This document shows, one piece after another, positions 22,801-35,056 of a DNA stretch of 35,056 nucleotides. This stretch comes from Chiloscyllium plagiosum (lineage: Eukaryota), in NCBI RefSeq assembly GCF_004010195.1, contig NW_025215304.1:54098-89153 (forward strand), read 5' to 3'. Made by a program: the position numbers and the translations under genes. The notes under the pieces are model-generated. The model was not told where the DNA came from and did not search any database. It saw only the letters and a list, made by a program, of their open reading frames with translations. The stretch's first letter is position 1. Every line of letters begins with the position of its first letter.

Positions 22801-25800
22801 ATGTGTGAATGATTCAGGAGTAGACAGCACAAAATGTGTGAATGATTCAGGAGTAGACAGCACAAAATGTGTGAATGATTCAGGAGTAGACAGCACAAAA
22901 TGTGTGAATGATTCAGGAGTAGACAGCACAAAATGTGTGAATGATTCAGGAGTAGACAGCACAAAATGTGTGAATGATTCAGGAGTAGACAGCACAAAAT
23001 GTGTGAATGATTCAGGAGTAGACAGCACAAAATGTGTGAATGATTCAGGAGTAGACAGCACAAAATGTGTGAATGATTCAGGAGTAGACAGCACAAAATG
23101 TGTGAATGATTCAGGAGTAGACAGCACAAAATGTGTGAATGATTCAGGAGTAGACAGCACAAAATGTGTGAATGATTCAGGAGTAGACAGCACAAAATGT
23201 GTGAATGATTCAGGAGTAGACAGCACAAAATGTGTGAATGATTCAGGAGTAGACAGCACAAAATGTGTGAATGATTCAGGAGTAGACAGCACAAAATGTG
23301 TGAATGATTCAGGAGTAGACAGCAGTGTGTGTGTGTATGATTCAGGAGTAGACAGCACTGTGTGTGTGAATGATTCAGGAGTAGACAGCACAAAATGTGT
23401 GAATGATTCAGGAGTAGACAGCACAAAATGTGTGAATGATTCAGGAGTAGACAGCACAAAATGTGTGAATGATTCAGGAGTAGACAGCACAAAATGTGTG
23501 AATGATTCAGGAGTAGACAGCACAAAATGTGTGAATGATTCAGGAGTAGACAGCACAAAATGTGTGAATGATTCAGGAGTAGACAGCACAAAATGTGTGA
23601 ATGATTCAGGAGTAGACAGCACAAAATGTGTGAATGATTCAGGAGTAGACAGCACAAAATGTGTGAATGATTCAGGAGTAGACAGCACAAAATGTGTGAA
23701 TGATTCAGGAGTAGACAGCACAAAATGTGTGAATGATTCAGGAGTAGACAGCACAAAATGTGTGAATGATTCAGGAGTAGACAGCACAAAATGTGTGAAT
23801 GATTCAGGAGTAGACAGCACAAAATGTGTGAATGATTCAGGAGTAGACAGCACAAAATGTGTGAATGATTCAGGAGTAGACAGCACAAAATGTGTGAATG
23901 ATTCAGGAGTAGACAGCACAAAATGTGTGAATGATTCAGGAGTAGACAGCAGTGTGTGTGTGTATGATTCAGGAGTAGACAGCACTGTGTGTGTGAATGA
24001 TTCAGGAGTAGACAGCACAAAATGTGTGAATGATTCAGGAGTAGACAGCACAAAATGTGTGAATGATTCAGGAGTAGACAGCACAAAATGTGTGAATGAT
24101 TCAGGAGTAGACAGCACAAAATGTGTGAATGATTCAGGAGTAGACAGCACAAAATGTGTGAATGATTCAGGAGTAGACAGCACAAAATGTGTGAATGATT
24201 CAGGAGTAGACAGCACAAAATGTGTGAATGATTCAGGAGTAGACAGCACAAAATGTGTGAATGATTCAGGAGTAGACAGCACAAAATGTGTGAATGATTC
24301 AGGAGTAGACAGCACAAAATGTGTGAATGATTCAGGAGTAGACAGCACAAAATGTGTGAATGATTCAGGAGTAGACAGCACAAAATGTGTGAATGATTCA
24401 GGAGTAGACAGCACAAAATGTGTGAATGATTCAGGAGTAGACAGCACAAAATGTGTGAATGATTCAGGAGTAGACAGCACAAAATGTGTGAATGATTCAG
24501 GAGTAGACAGCACAAAATGTGTGAATGATTCAGGAGTAGACAGCACAAAATGTGTGAATGATTCAGGAGTAGACAGCAGTGTGTGTGTGTATGATTCAGG
24601 AGTAGACAGCACTGTGTGTGTGAATGATTCAGGAGTAGACAGCACAAAATGTGTGAATGATTCAGGAGTAGACAGCACAAAATGTGTGAATGATTCAGGA
24701 GTAGACAGCACAAAATGTGTGAATGATTCAGGAGTAGACAGCACAAAATGTGTGAATGATTCAGGAGTAGACAGCACAAAATGTGTGAATGATTCAGGAG
24801 TAGACAGCACAAAATGTGTGAATGATTCAGGAGTAGACAGCACAAAATGTGTGAATGATTCAGGAGTAGACAGCACAAAATGTGTGAATGATTCAGGAGT
24901 AGACAGCACAAAATGTGTGAATGATTCAGGAGTAGACAGCACAAAATGTGTGAATGATTCAGGAGTAGACAGCACAAAATGTGTGAATGATTCAGGAGTA
25001 GACAGCACAAAATGTGTGAATGATTCAGGAGTAGACAGCACAAAATGTGTGAATGATTCAGGAGTAGACAGCACAAAATGTGTGAATGATTCAGGAGTAG
25101 ACAGCACAAAATGTGTGAATGATTCAGGAGTAGACAGCACAAAATGTGTGAATGATTCAGGAGTAGACAGCACAAAATGTGTGAATGATTCAGGAGTAGA
25201 CAGCAGTGTGTGTGTGTATGATTCAGGAGTAGACAGCACTGTGTGTGTGAATGATTCAGGAGTAGACAGCACAAAATGTGTGAATGATTCAGGAGTAGAC
25301 AGCACAAAATGTGTGAATGATTCAGGAGTAGACAGCACAAAATGTGTGAATGATTCAGGAGTAGACAGCACAAAATGTGTGAATGATTCAGGAGTAGACA
25401 GCACAAAATGTGTGAATGATTCAGGAGTAGACAGCACAAAATGTGTGAATGATTCAGGAGTAGACAGCACAAAATGTGTGAATGATTCAGGAGTAGACAG
25501 CACAAAATGTGTGAATGATTCAGGAGTAGACAGCACAAAATGTGTGAATGATTCAGGAGTAGACAGCACAAAATGTGTGAATGATTCAGGAGTAGACAGC
25601 ACAAAATGTGTGAATGATTCAGGAGTAGACAGCACAAAATGTGTGAATGATTCAGGAGTAGACAGCACAAAATGTGTGAATGATTCAGGAGTAGACAGCA
25701 CAAAATGTGTGAATGATTCAGGAGTAGACAGCACAAAATGTGTGAATGATTCAGGAGTAGACAGCACAAAATGTGTGAATGATTCAGGAGTAGACAGCAC

Positions 25801-28800
25801 AAAATGTGTGAATGATTCAGGAGTAGACAGCAGTGTGTGTGTGTATGATTCAGGAGTAGACAGCACTGTGTGTGTGAATGATTCAGGAGTAGACAGCACA
25901 AAATGTGTGAATGATTCAGGAGTAGACAGCACAAAATGTGTGAATGATTCAGGAGTAGACAGCACAAAATGTGTGAATGATTCAGGAGTAGACAGCACAA
26001 AATGTGTGAATGATTCAGGAGTAGACAGCACAAAATGTGTGAATGATTCAGGAGTAGACAGCACAAAATGTGTGAATGATTCAGGAGTAGACAGCACAAA
26101 ATGTGTGAATGATTCAGGAGTAGACAGCACAAAATGTGTGAATGATTCAGGAGTAGACAGCACAAAATGTGTGAATGATTCAGGAGTAGACAGCACAAAA
26201 TGTGTGAATGATTCAGGAGTAGACAGCACAAAATGTGTGAATGATTCAGGAGTAGACAGCACAAAATGTGTGAATGATTCAGGAGTAGACAGCACAAAAT
26301 GTGTGAATGATTCAGGAGTAGACAGCACAAAATGTGTGAATGATTCAGGAGTAGACAGCACAAAATGTGTGAATGATTCAGGAGTAGACAGCACAAAATG
26401 TGTGAATGATTCAGGAGTAGACAGCACAAAATGTGTGAATGATTCAGGAGTAGACAGCAGTGTGTGTGTGTATGATTCAGGAGTAGACAGCACTGTGTGT
26501 GTGAATGATTCAGGAGTAGACAGCACAAAATGTGTGAATGATTCAGGAGTAGACAGCACAAAATGTGTGAATGATTCAGGAGTAGACAGCACAAAATGTG
26601 TGAATGATTCAGGAGTAGACAGCACAAAATGTGTGAATGATTCAGGAGTAGACAGCACAAAATGTGTGAATGATTCAGGAGTAGACAGCACAAAATGTGT
26701 GAATGATTCAGGAGTAGACAGCACAAAATGTGTGAATGATTCAGGAGTAGACAGCACAAAATGTGTGAATGATTCAGGAGTAGACAGCACAAAATGTGTG
26801 AATGATTCAGGAGTAGACAGCACAAAATGTGTGAATGATTCAGGAGTAGACAGCACAAAATGTGTGAATGATTCAGGAGTAGACAGCACAAAATGTGTGA
26901 ATGATTCAGGAGTAGACAGCACAAAATGTGTGAATGATTCAGGAGTAGACAGCACAAAATGTGTGAATGATTCAGGAGTAGACAGCACAAAATGTGTGAA
27001 TGATTCAGGAGTAGACAGCACAAAATGTGTGAATGATTCAGGAGTAGACAGCACAAAATGTGTGAATGATTCAGGAGTAGACAGCAGTGTGTGTGTGTAT
27101 GATTCAGGAGTAGACAGCACTGTGTGTGTGAATGATTCAGGAGTAGACAGCACAAAATGTGTGAATGATTCAGGAGTAGACAGCACAAAATGTGTGAATG
27201 ATTCAGGAGTAGACAGCACAAAATGTGTGAATGATTCAGGAGTAGACAGCACAAAATGTGTGAATGATTCAGGAGTAGACAGCACAAAATGTGTGAATGA
27301 TTCAGGAGTAGACAGCACAAAATGTGTGAATGATTCAGGAGTAGACAGCACAAAATGTGTGAATGATTCAGGAGTAGACAGCACAAAATGTGTGAATGAT
27401 TCAGGAGTAGACAGCACAAAATGTGTGAATGATTCAGGAGTAGACAGCACAAAATGTGTGAATGATTCAGGAGTAGACAGCACAAAATGTGTGAATGATT
27501 CAGGAGTAGACAGCACAAAATGTGTGAATGATTCAGGAGTAGACAGCACAAAATGTGTGAATGATTCAGGAGTAGACAGCACAAAATGTGTGAATGATTC
27601 AGGAGTAGACAGCACAAAATGTGTGAATGATTCAGGAGTAGACAGCACAAAATGTGTGAATGATTCAGGAGTAGACAGCACAAAATGTGTGAATGATTCA
27701 GGAGTAGACAGCAGTGTGTGTGTGTATGATTCAGGAGTAGACAGCACTGTGTGTGTGAATGATTCAGGAGTAGACAGCACAAAATGTGTGAATGATTCAG
27801 GAGTAGACAGCACAAAATGTGTGAATGATTCAGGAGTAGACAGCACAAAATGTGTGAATGATTCAGGAGTAGACAGCACAAAATGTGTGAATGATTCAGG
27901 AGTAGACAGCACAAAATGTGTGAATGATTCAGGAGTAGACAGCACAAAATGTGTGAATGATTCAGGAGTAGACAGCACAAAATGTGTGAATGATTCAGGA
28001 GTAGACAGCACAAAATGTGTGAATGATTCAGGAGTAGACAGCACAAAATGTGTGAATGATTCAGGAGTAGACAGCACAAAATGTGTGAATGATTCAGGAG
28101 TAGACAGCACAAAATGTGTGAATGATTCAGGAGTAGACAGCACAAAATGTGTGAATGATTCAGGAGTAGACAGCACAAAATGTGTGAATGATTCAGGAGT
28201 AGACAGCACAAAATGTGTGAATGATTCAGGAGTAGACAGCACAAAATGTGTGAATGATTCAGGAGTAGACAGCACAAAATGTGTGAATGATTCAGGAGTA
28301 GACAGCACAAAATGTGTGAATGATTCAGGAGTAGACAGCAGTGTGTGTGTGTATGATTCAGGAGTAGACAGCACTGTGTGTGTGAATGATTCAGGAGTAG
28401 ACAGCACAAAATGTGTGAATGATTCAGGAGTAGACAGCACAAAATGTGTGAATGATTCAGGAGTAGACAGCACAAAATGTGTGAATGATTCAGGAGTAGA
28501 CAGCACAAAATGTGTGAATGATTCAGGAGTAGACAGCACAAAATGTGTGAATGATTCAGGAGTAGACAGCACAAAATGTGTGAATGATTCAGGAGTAGAC
28601 AGCACAAAATGTGTGAATGATTCAGGAGTAGACAGCACAAAATGTGTGAATGATTCAGGAGTAGACAGCACAAAATGTGTGAATGATTCAGGAGTAGACA
28701 GCACAAAATGTGTGAATGATTCAGGAGTAGACAGCACAAAATGTGTGAATGATTCAGGAGTAGACAGCACAAAATGTGTGAATGATTCAGGAGTAGACAG

Positions 28801-31800
28801 CACAAAATGTGTGAATGATTCAGGAGTAGACAGCACAAAATGTGTGAATGATTCAGGAGTAGACAGCACAAAATGTGTGAATGATTCAGGAGTAGACAGC
28901 ACAAAATGTGTGAATGATTCAGGAGTAGACAGCACAAAATGTGTGAATGATTCAGGAGTAGACAGCAGTGTGTGTGTGTATGATTCAGGAGTAGACAGCA
29001 CTGTGTGTGTGAATGATTCAGGAGTAGACAGCACAAAATGTGTGAATGATTCAGGAGTAGACAGCACAAAATGTGTGAATGATTCAGGAGTAGACAGCAC
29101 AAAATGTGTGAATGATTCAGGAGTAGACAGCACAAAATGTGTGAATGATTCAGGAGTAGACAGCACAAAATGTGTGAATGATTCAGGAGTAGACAGCACA
29201 AAATGTGTGAATGATTCAGGAGTAGACAGCACAAAATGTGTGAATGATTCAGGAGTAGACAGCACAAAATGTGTGAATGATTCAGGAGTAGACAGCACAA
29301 AATGTGTGAATGATTCAGGAGTAGACAGCACAAAATGTGTGAATGATTCAGGAGTAGACAGCACAAAATGTGTGAATGATTCAGGAGTAGACAGCACAAA
29401 ATGTGTGAATGATTCAGGAGTAGACAGCACAAAATGTGTGAATGATTCAGGAGTAGACAGCACAAAATGTGTGAATGATTCAGGAGTAGACAGCACAAAA
29501 TGTGTGAATGATTCAGGAGTAGACAGCACAAAATGTGTGAATGATTCAGGAGTAGACAGCACAAAATGTGTGAATGATTCAGGAGTAGACAGCAGTGTGT
29601 GTGTGTATGATTCAGGAGTAGACAGCACTGTGTGTGTGAATGATTCAGGAGTAGACAGCACAAAATGTGTGAATGATTCAGGAGTAGACAGCACAAAATG
29701 TGTGAATGATTCAGGAGTAGACAGCACAAAATGTGTGAATGATTCAGGAGTAGACAGCACAAAATGTGTGAATGATTCAGGAGTAGACAGCACAAAATGT
29801 GTGAATGATTCAGGAGTAGACAGCACAAAATGTGTGAATGATTCAGGAGTAGACAGCACAAAATGTGTGAATGATTCAGGAGTAGACAGCACAAAATGTG
29901 TGAATGATTCAGGAGTAGACAGCACAAAATGTGTGAATGATTCAGGAGTAGACAGCACAAAATGTGTGAATGATTCAGGAGTAGACAGCACAAAATGTGT
30001 GAATGATTCAGGAGTAGACAGCACAAAATGTGTGAATGATTCAGGAGTAGACAGCACAAAATGTGTGAATGATTCAGGAGTAGACAGCACAAAATGTGTG
30101 AATGATTCAGGAGTAGACAGCACAAAATGTGTGAATGATTCAGGAGTAGACAGCACAAAATGTGTGAATGATTCAGGAGTAGACAGCACAAAATGTGTGA
30201 ATGATTCAGGAGTAGACAGCAGTGTGTGTGTGTATGATTCAGGAGTAGACAGCACTGTGTGTGTGAATGATTCAGGAGTAGACAGCACAAAATGTGTGAA
30301 TGATTCAGGAGTAGACAGCACAAAATGTGTGAATGATTCAGGAGTAGACAGCACAAAATGTGTGAATGATTCAGGAGTAGACAGCACAAAATGTGTGAAT
30401 GATTCAGGAGTAGACAGCACAAAATGTGTGAATGATTCAGGAGTAGACAGCACAAAATGTGTGAATGATTCAGGAGTAGACAGCACAAAATGTGTGAATG
30501 ATTCAGGAGTAGACAGCACAAAATGTGTGAATGATTCAGGAGTAGACAGCACAAAATGTGTGAATGATTCAGGAGTAGACAGCACAAAATGTGTGAATGA
30601 TTCAGGAGTAGACAGCACAAAATGTGTGAATGATTCAGGAGTAGACAGCACAAAATGTGTGAATGATTCAGGAGTAGACAGCACAAAATGTGTGAATGAT
30701 TCAGGAGTAGACAGCACAAAATGTGTGAATGATTCAGGAGTAGACAGCACAAAATGTGTGAATGATTCAGGAGTAGACAGCACAAAATGTGTGAATGATT
30801 CAGGAGTAGACAGCACAAAATGTGTGAATGATTCAGGAGTAGACAGCAGTGTGTGTGTGTATGATTCAGGAGTAGACAGCACTGTGTGTGTGAATGATTC
30901 AGGAGTAGACAGCACAAAATGTGTGAATGATTCAGGAGTAGACAGCACAAAATGTGTGAATGATTCAGGAGTAGACAGCACAAAATGTGTGAATGATTCA
31001 GGAGTAGACAGCACAAAATGTGTGAATGATTCAGGAGTAGACAGCACAAAATGTGTGAATGATTCAGGAGTAGACAGCACAAAATGTGTGAATGATTCAG
31101 GAGTAGACAGCACAAAATGTGTGAATGATTCAGGAGTAGACAGCACAAAATGTGTGAATGATTCAGGAGTAGACAGCACAAAATGTGTGAATGATTCAGG
31201 AGTAGACAGCACAAAATGTGTGAATGATTCAGGAGTAGACAGCACAAAATGTGTGAATGATTCAGGAGTAGACAGCACAAAATGTGTGAATGATTCAGGA
31301 GTAGACAGCACAAAATGTGTGAATGATTCAGGAGTAGACAGCACAAAATGTGTGAATGATTCAGGAGTAGACAGCACAAAATGTGTGAATGATTCAGGAG
31401 TAGACAGCACAAAATGTGTGAATGATTCAGGAGTAGACAGCACAAAATGTGTGAATGATTCAGGAGTAGACAGCAGTGTGTGTGTGTATGATTCAGGAGT
31501 AGACAGCACTGTGTGTGTGAATGATTCAGGAGTAGACAGCACAAAATGTGTGAATGATTCAGGAGTAGACAGCACAAAATGTGTGAATGATTCAGGAGTA
31601 GACAGCACAAAATGTGTGAATGATTCAGGAGTAGACAGCACAAAATGTGTGAATGATTCAGGAGTAGACAGCACAAAATGTGTGAATGATTCAGGAGTAG
31701 ACAGCACAAAATGTGTGAATGATTCAGGAGTAGACAGCACAAAATGTGTGAATGATTCAGGAGTAGACAGCACAAAATGTGTGAATGATTCAGGAGTAGA

Positions 31801-33423
31801 CAGCACAAAATGTGTGAATGATTCAGGAGTAGACAGCACAAAATGTGTGAATGATTCAGGAGTAGACAGCACAAAATGTGTGAATGATTCAGGAGTAGAC
31901 AGCACAAAATGTGTGAATGATTCAGGAGTAGACAGCACAAAATGTGTGAATGATTCAGGAGTAGACAGCACAAAATGTGTGAATGATTCAGGAGTAGACA
32001 GCACAAAATGTGTGAATGATTCAGGAGTAGACAGCACAAAATGTGTGAATGATTCAGGAGTAGACAGCACAAAATGTGTGAATGATTCAGGAGTAGACAG
32101 CAGTGTGTGTGTGTATGATTCAGGAGTAGACAGCACTGTGTGTGTGAATGATTCAGGAGTAGACAGCACAAAATGTGTGAATGATTCAGGAGTAGACAGC
32201 ACAAAATGTGTGAATGATTCAGGAGTAGACAGCACAAAATGTGTGAATGATTCAGGAGTAGACAGCACAAAATGTGTGAATGATTCAGGAGTAGACAGCA
32301 CAAAATGTGTGAATGATTCAGGAGTAGACAGCACAAAATGTGTGAATGATTCAGGAGTAGACAGCACAAAATGTGTGAATGATTCAGGAGTAGACAGCAC
32401 AAAATGTGTGAATGATTCAGGAGTAGACAGCACAAAATGTGTGAATGATTCAGGAGTAGACAGCACAAAATGTGTGAATGATTCAGGAGTAGACAGCACA
32501 AAATGTGTGAATGATTCAGGAGTAGACAGCACAAAATGTGTGAATGATTCAGGAGTAGACAGCACAAAATGTGTGAATGATTCAGGAGTAGACAGCACAA
32601 AATGTGTGAATGATTCAGGAGTAGACAGCACAAAATGTGTGAATGATTCAGGAGTAGACAGCACAAAATGTGTGAATGATTCAGGAGTAGACAGCACAAA
32701 ATGTGTGAATGATTCAGGAGTAGACAGCAGTGTGTGTGTGTATGATTCAGGAGTAGACAGCACTGTGTGTGTGAATGATTCAGGAGTAGACAGCACAAAA
32801 TGTGTGAATGATTCAGGAGTAGACAGCACAAAATGTGTGAATGATTCAGGAGTAGACAGCACAAAATGTGTGAATGATTCAGGAGTAGACAGCACAAAAT
32901 GTGTGAATGATTCAGGAGTAGACAGCACAAAATGTGTGAATGATTCAGGAGTAGACAGCACAAAATGTGTGAATGATTCAGGAGTAGACAGCACAAAATG
33001 TGTGAATGATTCAGGAGTAGACAGCACAAAATGTGTGAATGATTCAGGAGTAGACAGCACAAAATGTGTGAATGATTCAGGAGTAGACAGCACAAAATGT
33101 GTGAATGATTCAGGAGTAGACAGCACAAAATGTGTGAATGATTCAGGAGTAGACAGCACAAAATGTGTGAATGATTCAGGAGTAGACAGCACAAAATGTG
33201 TGAATGATTCAGGAGTAGACAGCACAAAATGTGTGAATGATTCAGGAGTAGACAGCACAAAATGTGTGAATGATTCAGGAGTAGACAGCACAAAATGTGT
33301 GAATGATTCAGGAGTAGACAGCACAAAATGTGTGAATGATTCAGGAGTAGACAGCAGTGTGTGTGTGTATGATTCAGGAGTAGACAGCACTGTGTGTGTG
33401 AATGATTCAGGAGTAGACAGCAC
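10852..33423. repeat. 33-bp satellite organised as 36 x 627-bp (19-monomer) higher-order repeat
   Basis: The major monomer is AAAATGTGTGAATGATTCAGGAGTAGACAGCAC. Each 627-bp unit is 17 AAAA-type monomers (the 17th ending AGCAG) + TGTGTGTGTGTATGATTC... + TGTGTGTGTGAATGATTC.... The variant marker lies at 11411, 12038, ... 33356 (difference 21945 = 35 x 627). 10852 + 36 x 627 - 1 = 33423, giving 684 monomers. Confidence 0.98.
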
Positions 33424-34331
33424 AAAATGTGTGAATGATTCAGGAGTAGACAGCACAAAATGTGTGAATGATTCAGGAGTAGACAGCACAAAATGTGTGA
33501 ACGATTCAGGAGTAGACAGCATTGTGTGTGTGAATGATTCAGGAGTAGACAGCACTGTGTGTGAATGATTGAGGAGTAGACAGCACTGTGTGTGAACGAT
33601 TCAGGAGTAGACAGCACTGTGTGTGTGAAATGCAGGAGTAGACAGCACTGTGTGTGCGAATGATTCAGGAGTAGACTGCACTGTGTGTGTGAATGATTCA
33701 GGAGTGGACAGCACTGTGTGTGTGAATGATTCCGGAGTATATGGCACTGTGTGTGTGTGAATGATTCAGGAGTGGACAGCACTGAGTGTGTGAATGATTC
33801 AGGAGTAGACAGCACTGTGTGTGTGAATGATTCAGGAGAAGACAGCACTGTGTGTGTGAATGATTCAGGAGTGGACAGCACTGAGTGTGTGAATGATTCA
33901 GGAGTATACAGCACTGTGTGTATAAATGATTCAGGAGTGGACAGCTCCGTGTGCGAATGATTCAGGAGTGGACAGCACTGTGTGTGTGAATGATTCAGGA
34001 GTAGACTGCACTGTGTGTGTGAATGATTCAGGAGAAGACAGCACTGTGTGTGTGAATGATTCAGGAGTAGACAGCACTGTTTTGTGAATGATTCAAGAGT
34101 CGAAATCATTCTGTGTGTGAACGATTCAGGAGTAGACAGCACTGTGTGTGTGAATGATTCAGTCGTGGACAGCCCTGTGTGTGTGAATGATTCAGGAGTA
34201 GACAGCACTATGTGTGTGAATGATTCGGGAGTAGACAGCACTGTGTGTGTGAATGATTCAGTCGTGGACAGCACTGTGTGTGTGAATGATTCAGGAGTAG
34301 ACAGCAGTGTGTGTGAATGATTCAGGAGTAG
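33424..34331. repeat. diverged monomeric tail of the 33-bp satellite (~27-28 monomers)
   Basis: Three AAAA-type monomers, then TGTG-type monomers with substitutions (GTGGAC, GTATAC, GAAGAC, GTCGTGG) and TG-slippage length changes. Confidence 0.95.
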
Positions 34332-34335
34332 GGAA

Positions 34336-35056
34336 GAACATAAGAATAAGGAGCAGGAGTAGGCCGTCCAGCCCTTTGAGCCCGCTCCAGTAATCACTCA
34401 GATCCTGGCTGATCTTATCGTAGCCTCAGCACCACTTACCCACCCACTCACCATCGCCTTCATCCCTTTACTGTTCAAGGATGTATCCATCTTAGCTTTA
34501 AAAACGTTGACTGAAATAGCATCAACTACTTCACTGGGCAAGGAATTCCATAGATGAACAACCCTCTGGGTGAAGGAGTTCATTCTCAATTCAGTCTGAA
34601 ATCTGCTCCCCCTTATCTTGAGGCTATGCCCTCTTGTCGCAGTTTCACCCATCAGTGGAAACATCCTCTCTACTTCTATCTTATCTATTCCCTTCATAAT
34701 TCTATCAGTATCCATAAAATATGCCCCTCATTCTTCTGAATTCCAATTAATATAATCTCAATCTACTCAGTCCCTCCTCATGAACCAACCCTCTCAACTC
34801 TGGAATCGACCTAGTGAACCTCCTCTGCACCCCCTCCAGTGCCAGTACATCCTTTCTCAAGTAAGGAGACCAGAACTGCACACAGTACTCCAGGTGTGGA
34901 CTCATCAGCACGCTATCCAGTTACAACATAACCTCCCTGTGTTTTTAAAATCAATCCCTTTCGCAAGGAAGGATAAAATTCCATTTGCCTTCCTAATTAC
35001 TTGTTGTACCTGCAGACCAACCCTCTGTGATTCATGCACAAGGACACCCAGGTCCC
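34336..35056 (-). mobile_element. CR1 LINE 3' portion (ORF2 C-terminus, 3' UTR and terminus), continues beyond the window
   Basis: ORF 34398-34715(-) IMKGIDKIEVERMFPLMGETATRGHSLKIRGSRFQTELRMNSFTQRVVHLWNSLPSEVVDA...FKAKMD. Upstream, CCACACCTGGAGTACTGTGTGCAGTTCTGGTCTCC on the minus strand gives PHLEYCVQFWSP. The terminus reads GAACATAAGAATAAGGAGCAGGAGTAGGCC on the plus strand. Confidence 0.92.

Noticed and set aside
10852..33423. Telomeric or known centromeric satellite identity
   Set aside because: There is no TTAGGG motif and I do not recognise the monomer as a described family, so a function cannot be assigned from sequence.
10835..33568. 7577-aa, 7623-aa and 7896-aa ORFs as genuine giant proteins
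   Set aside because: They are pure 11-aa repeats arising from a stop-free 33-bp period on both strands, with no domains, no synonymous variation and frameshifts in the diverged tail.
10852..34331. CRISPR array
   Set aside because: The monomers are directly head-to-tail with no unique spacers, there are no cas genes, and the context is vertebrate.

Overview
Eukaryotic genomic DNA, most likely from a cartilaginous fish (inferred from the CR1 LINE, V-SINE and MEKPWKC-type zinc-finger content). Positions 1-10850 are transposon-rich. They hold many CR1 fragments and SINEs, three copies of a foldback element, a frameshifted C2H2 zinc-finger pseudogene (1752-2244, minus), an 897-N assembly gap (4928-5824), and a small co-oriented, decaying tRNA cluster (Asn-GTT near-intact, Ser-TGA and Ser-AGA pseudogenes, a 5'-half of tRNA-Arg). 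Positions 10852-34331 are a 33-bp satellite. Of this, 10852-33423 is exactly 36 apparently identical copies of a 627-bp (19-monomer) higher-order repeat, followed by about 0.9 kb of diverged monomers that end against a CR1 3' end (34336-35056, minus). The three 7,500-7,900 aa ORFs are by-products of the 33-bp period and are not called as genes. The perfect higher-order array is the most striking object. It may be a very young amplification or an assembly artefact, and the sequence alone cannot decide which. I found no convincing evidence of a new protein-coding system.
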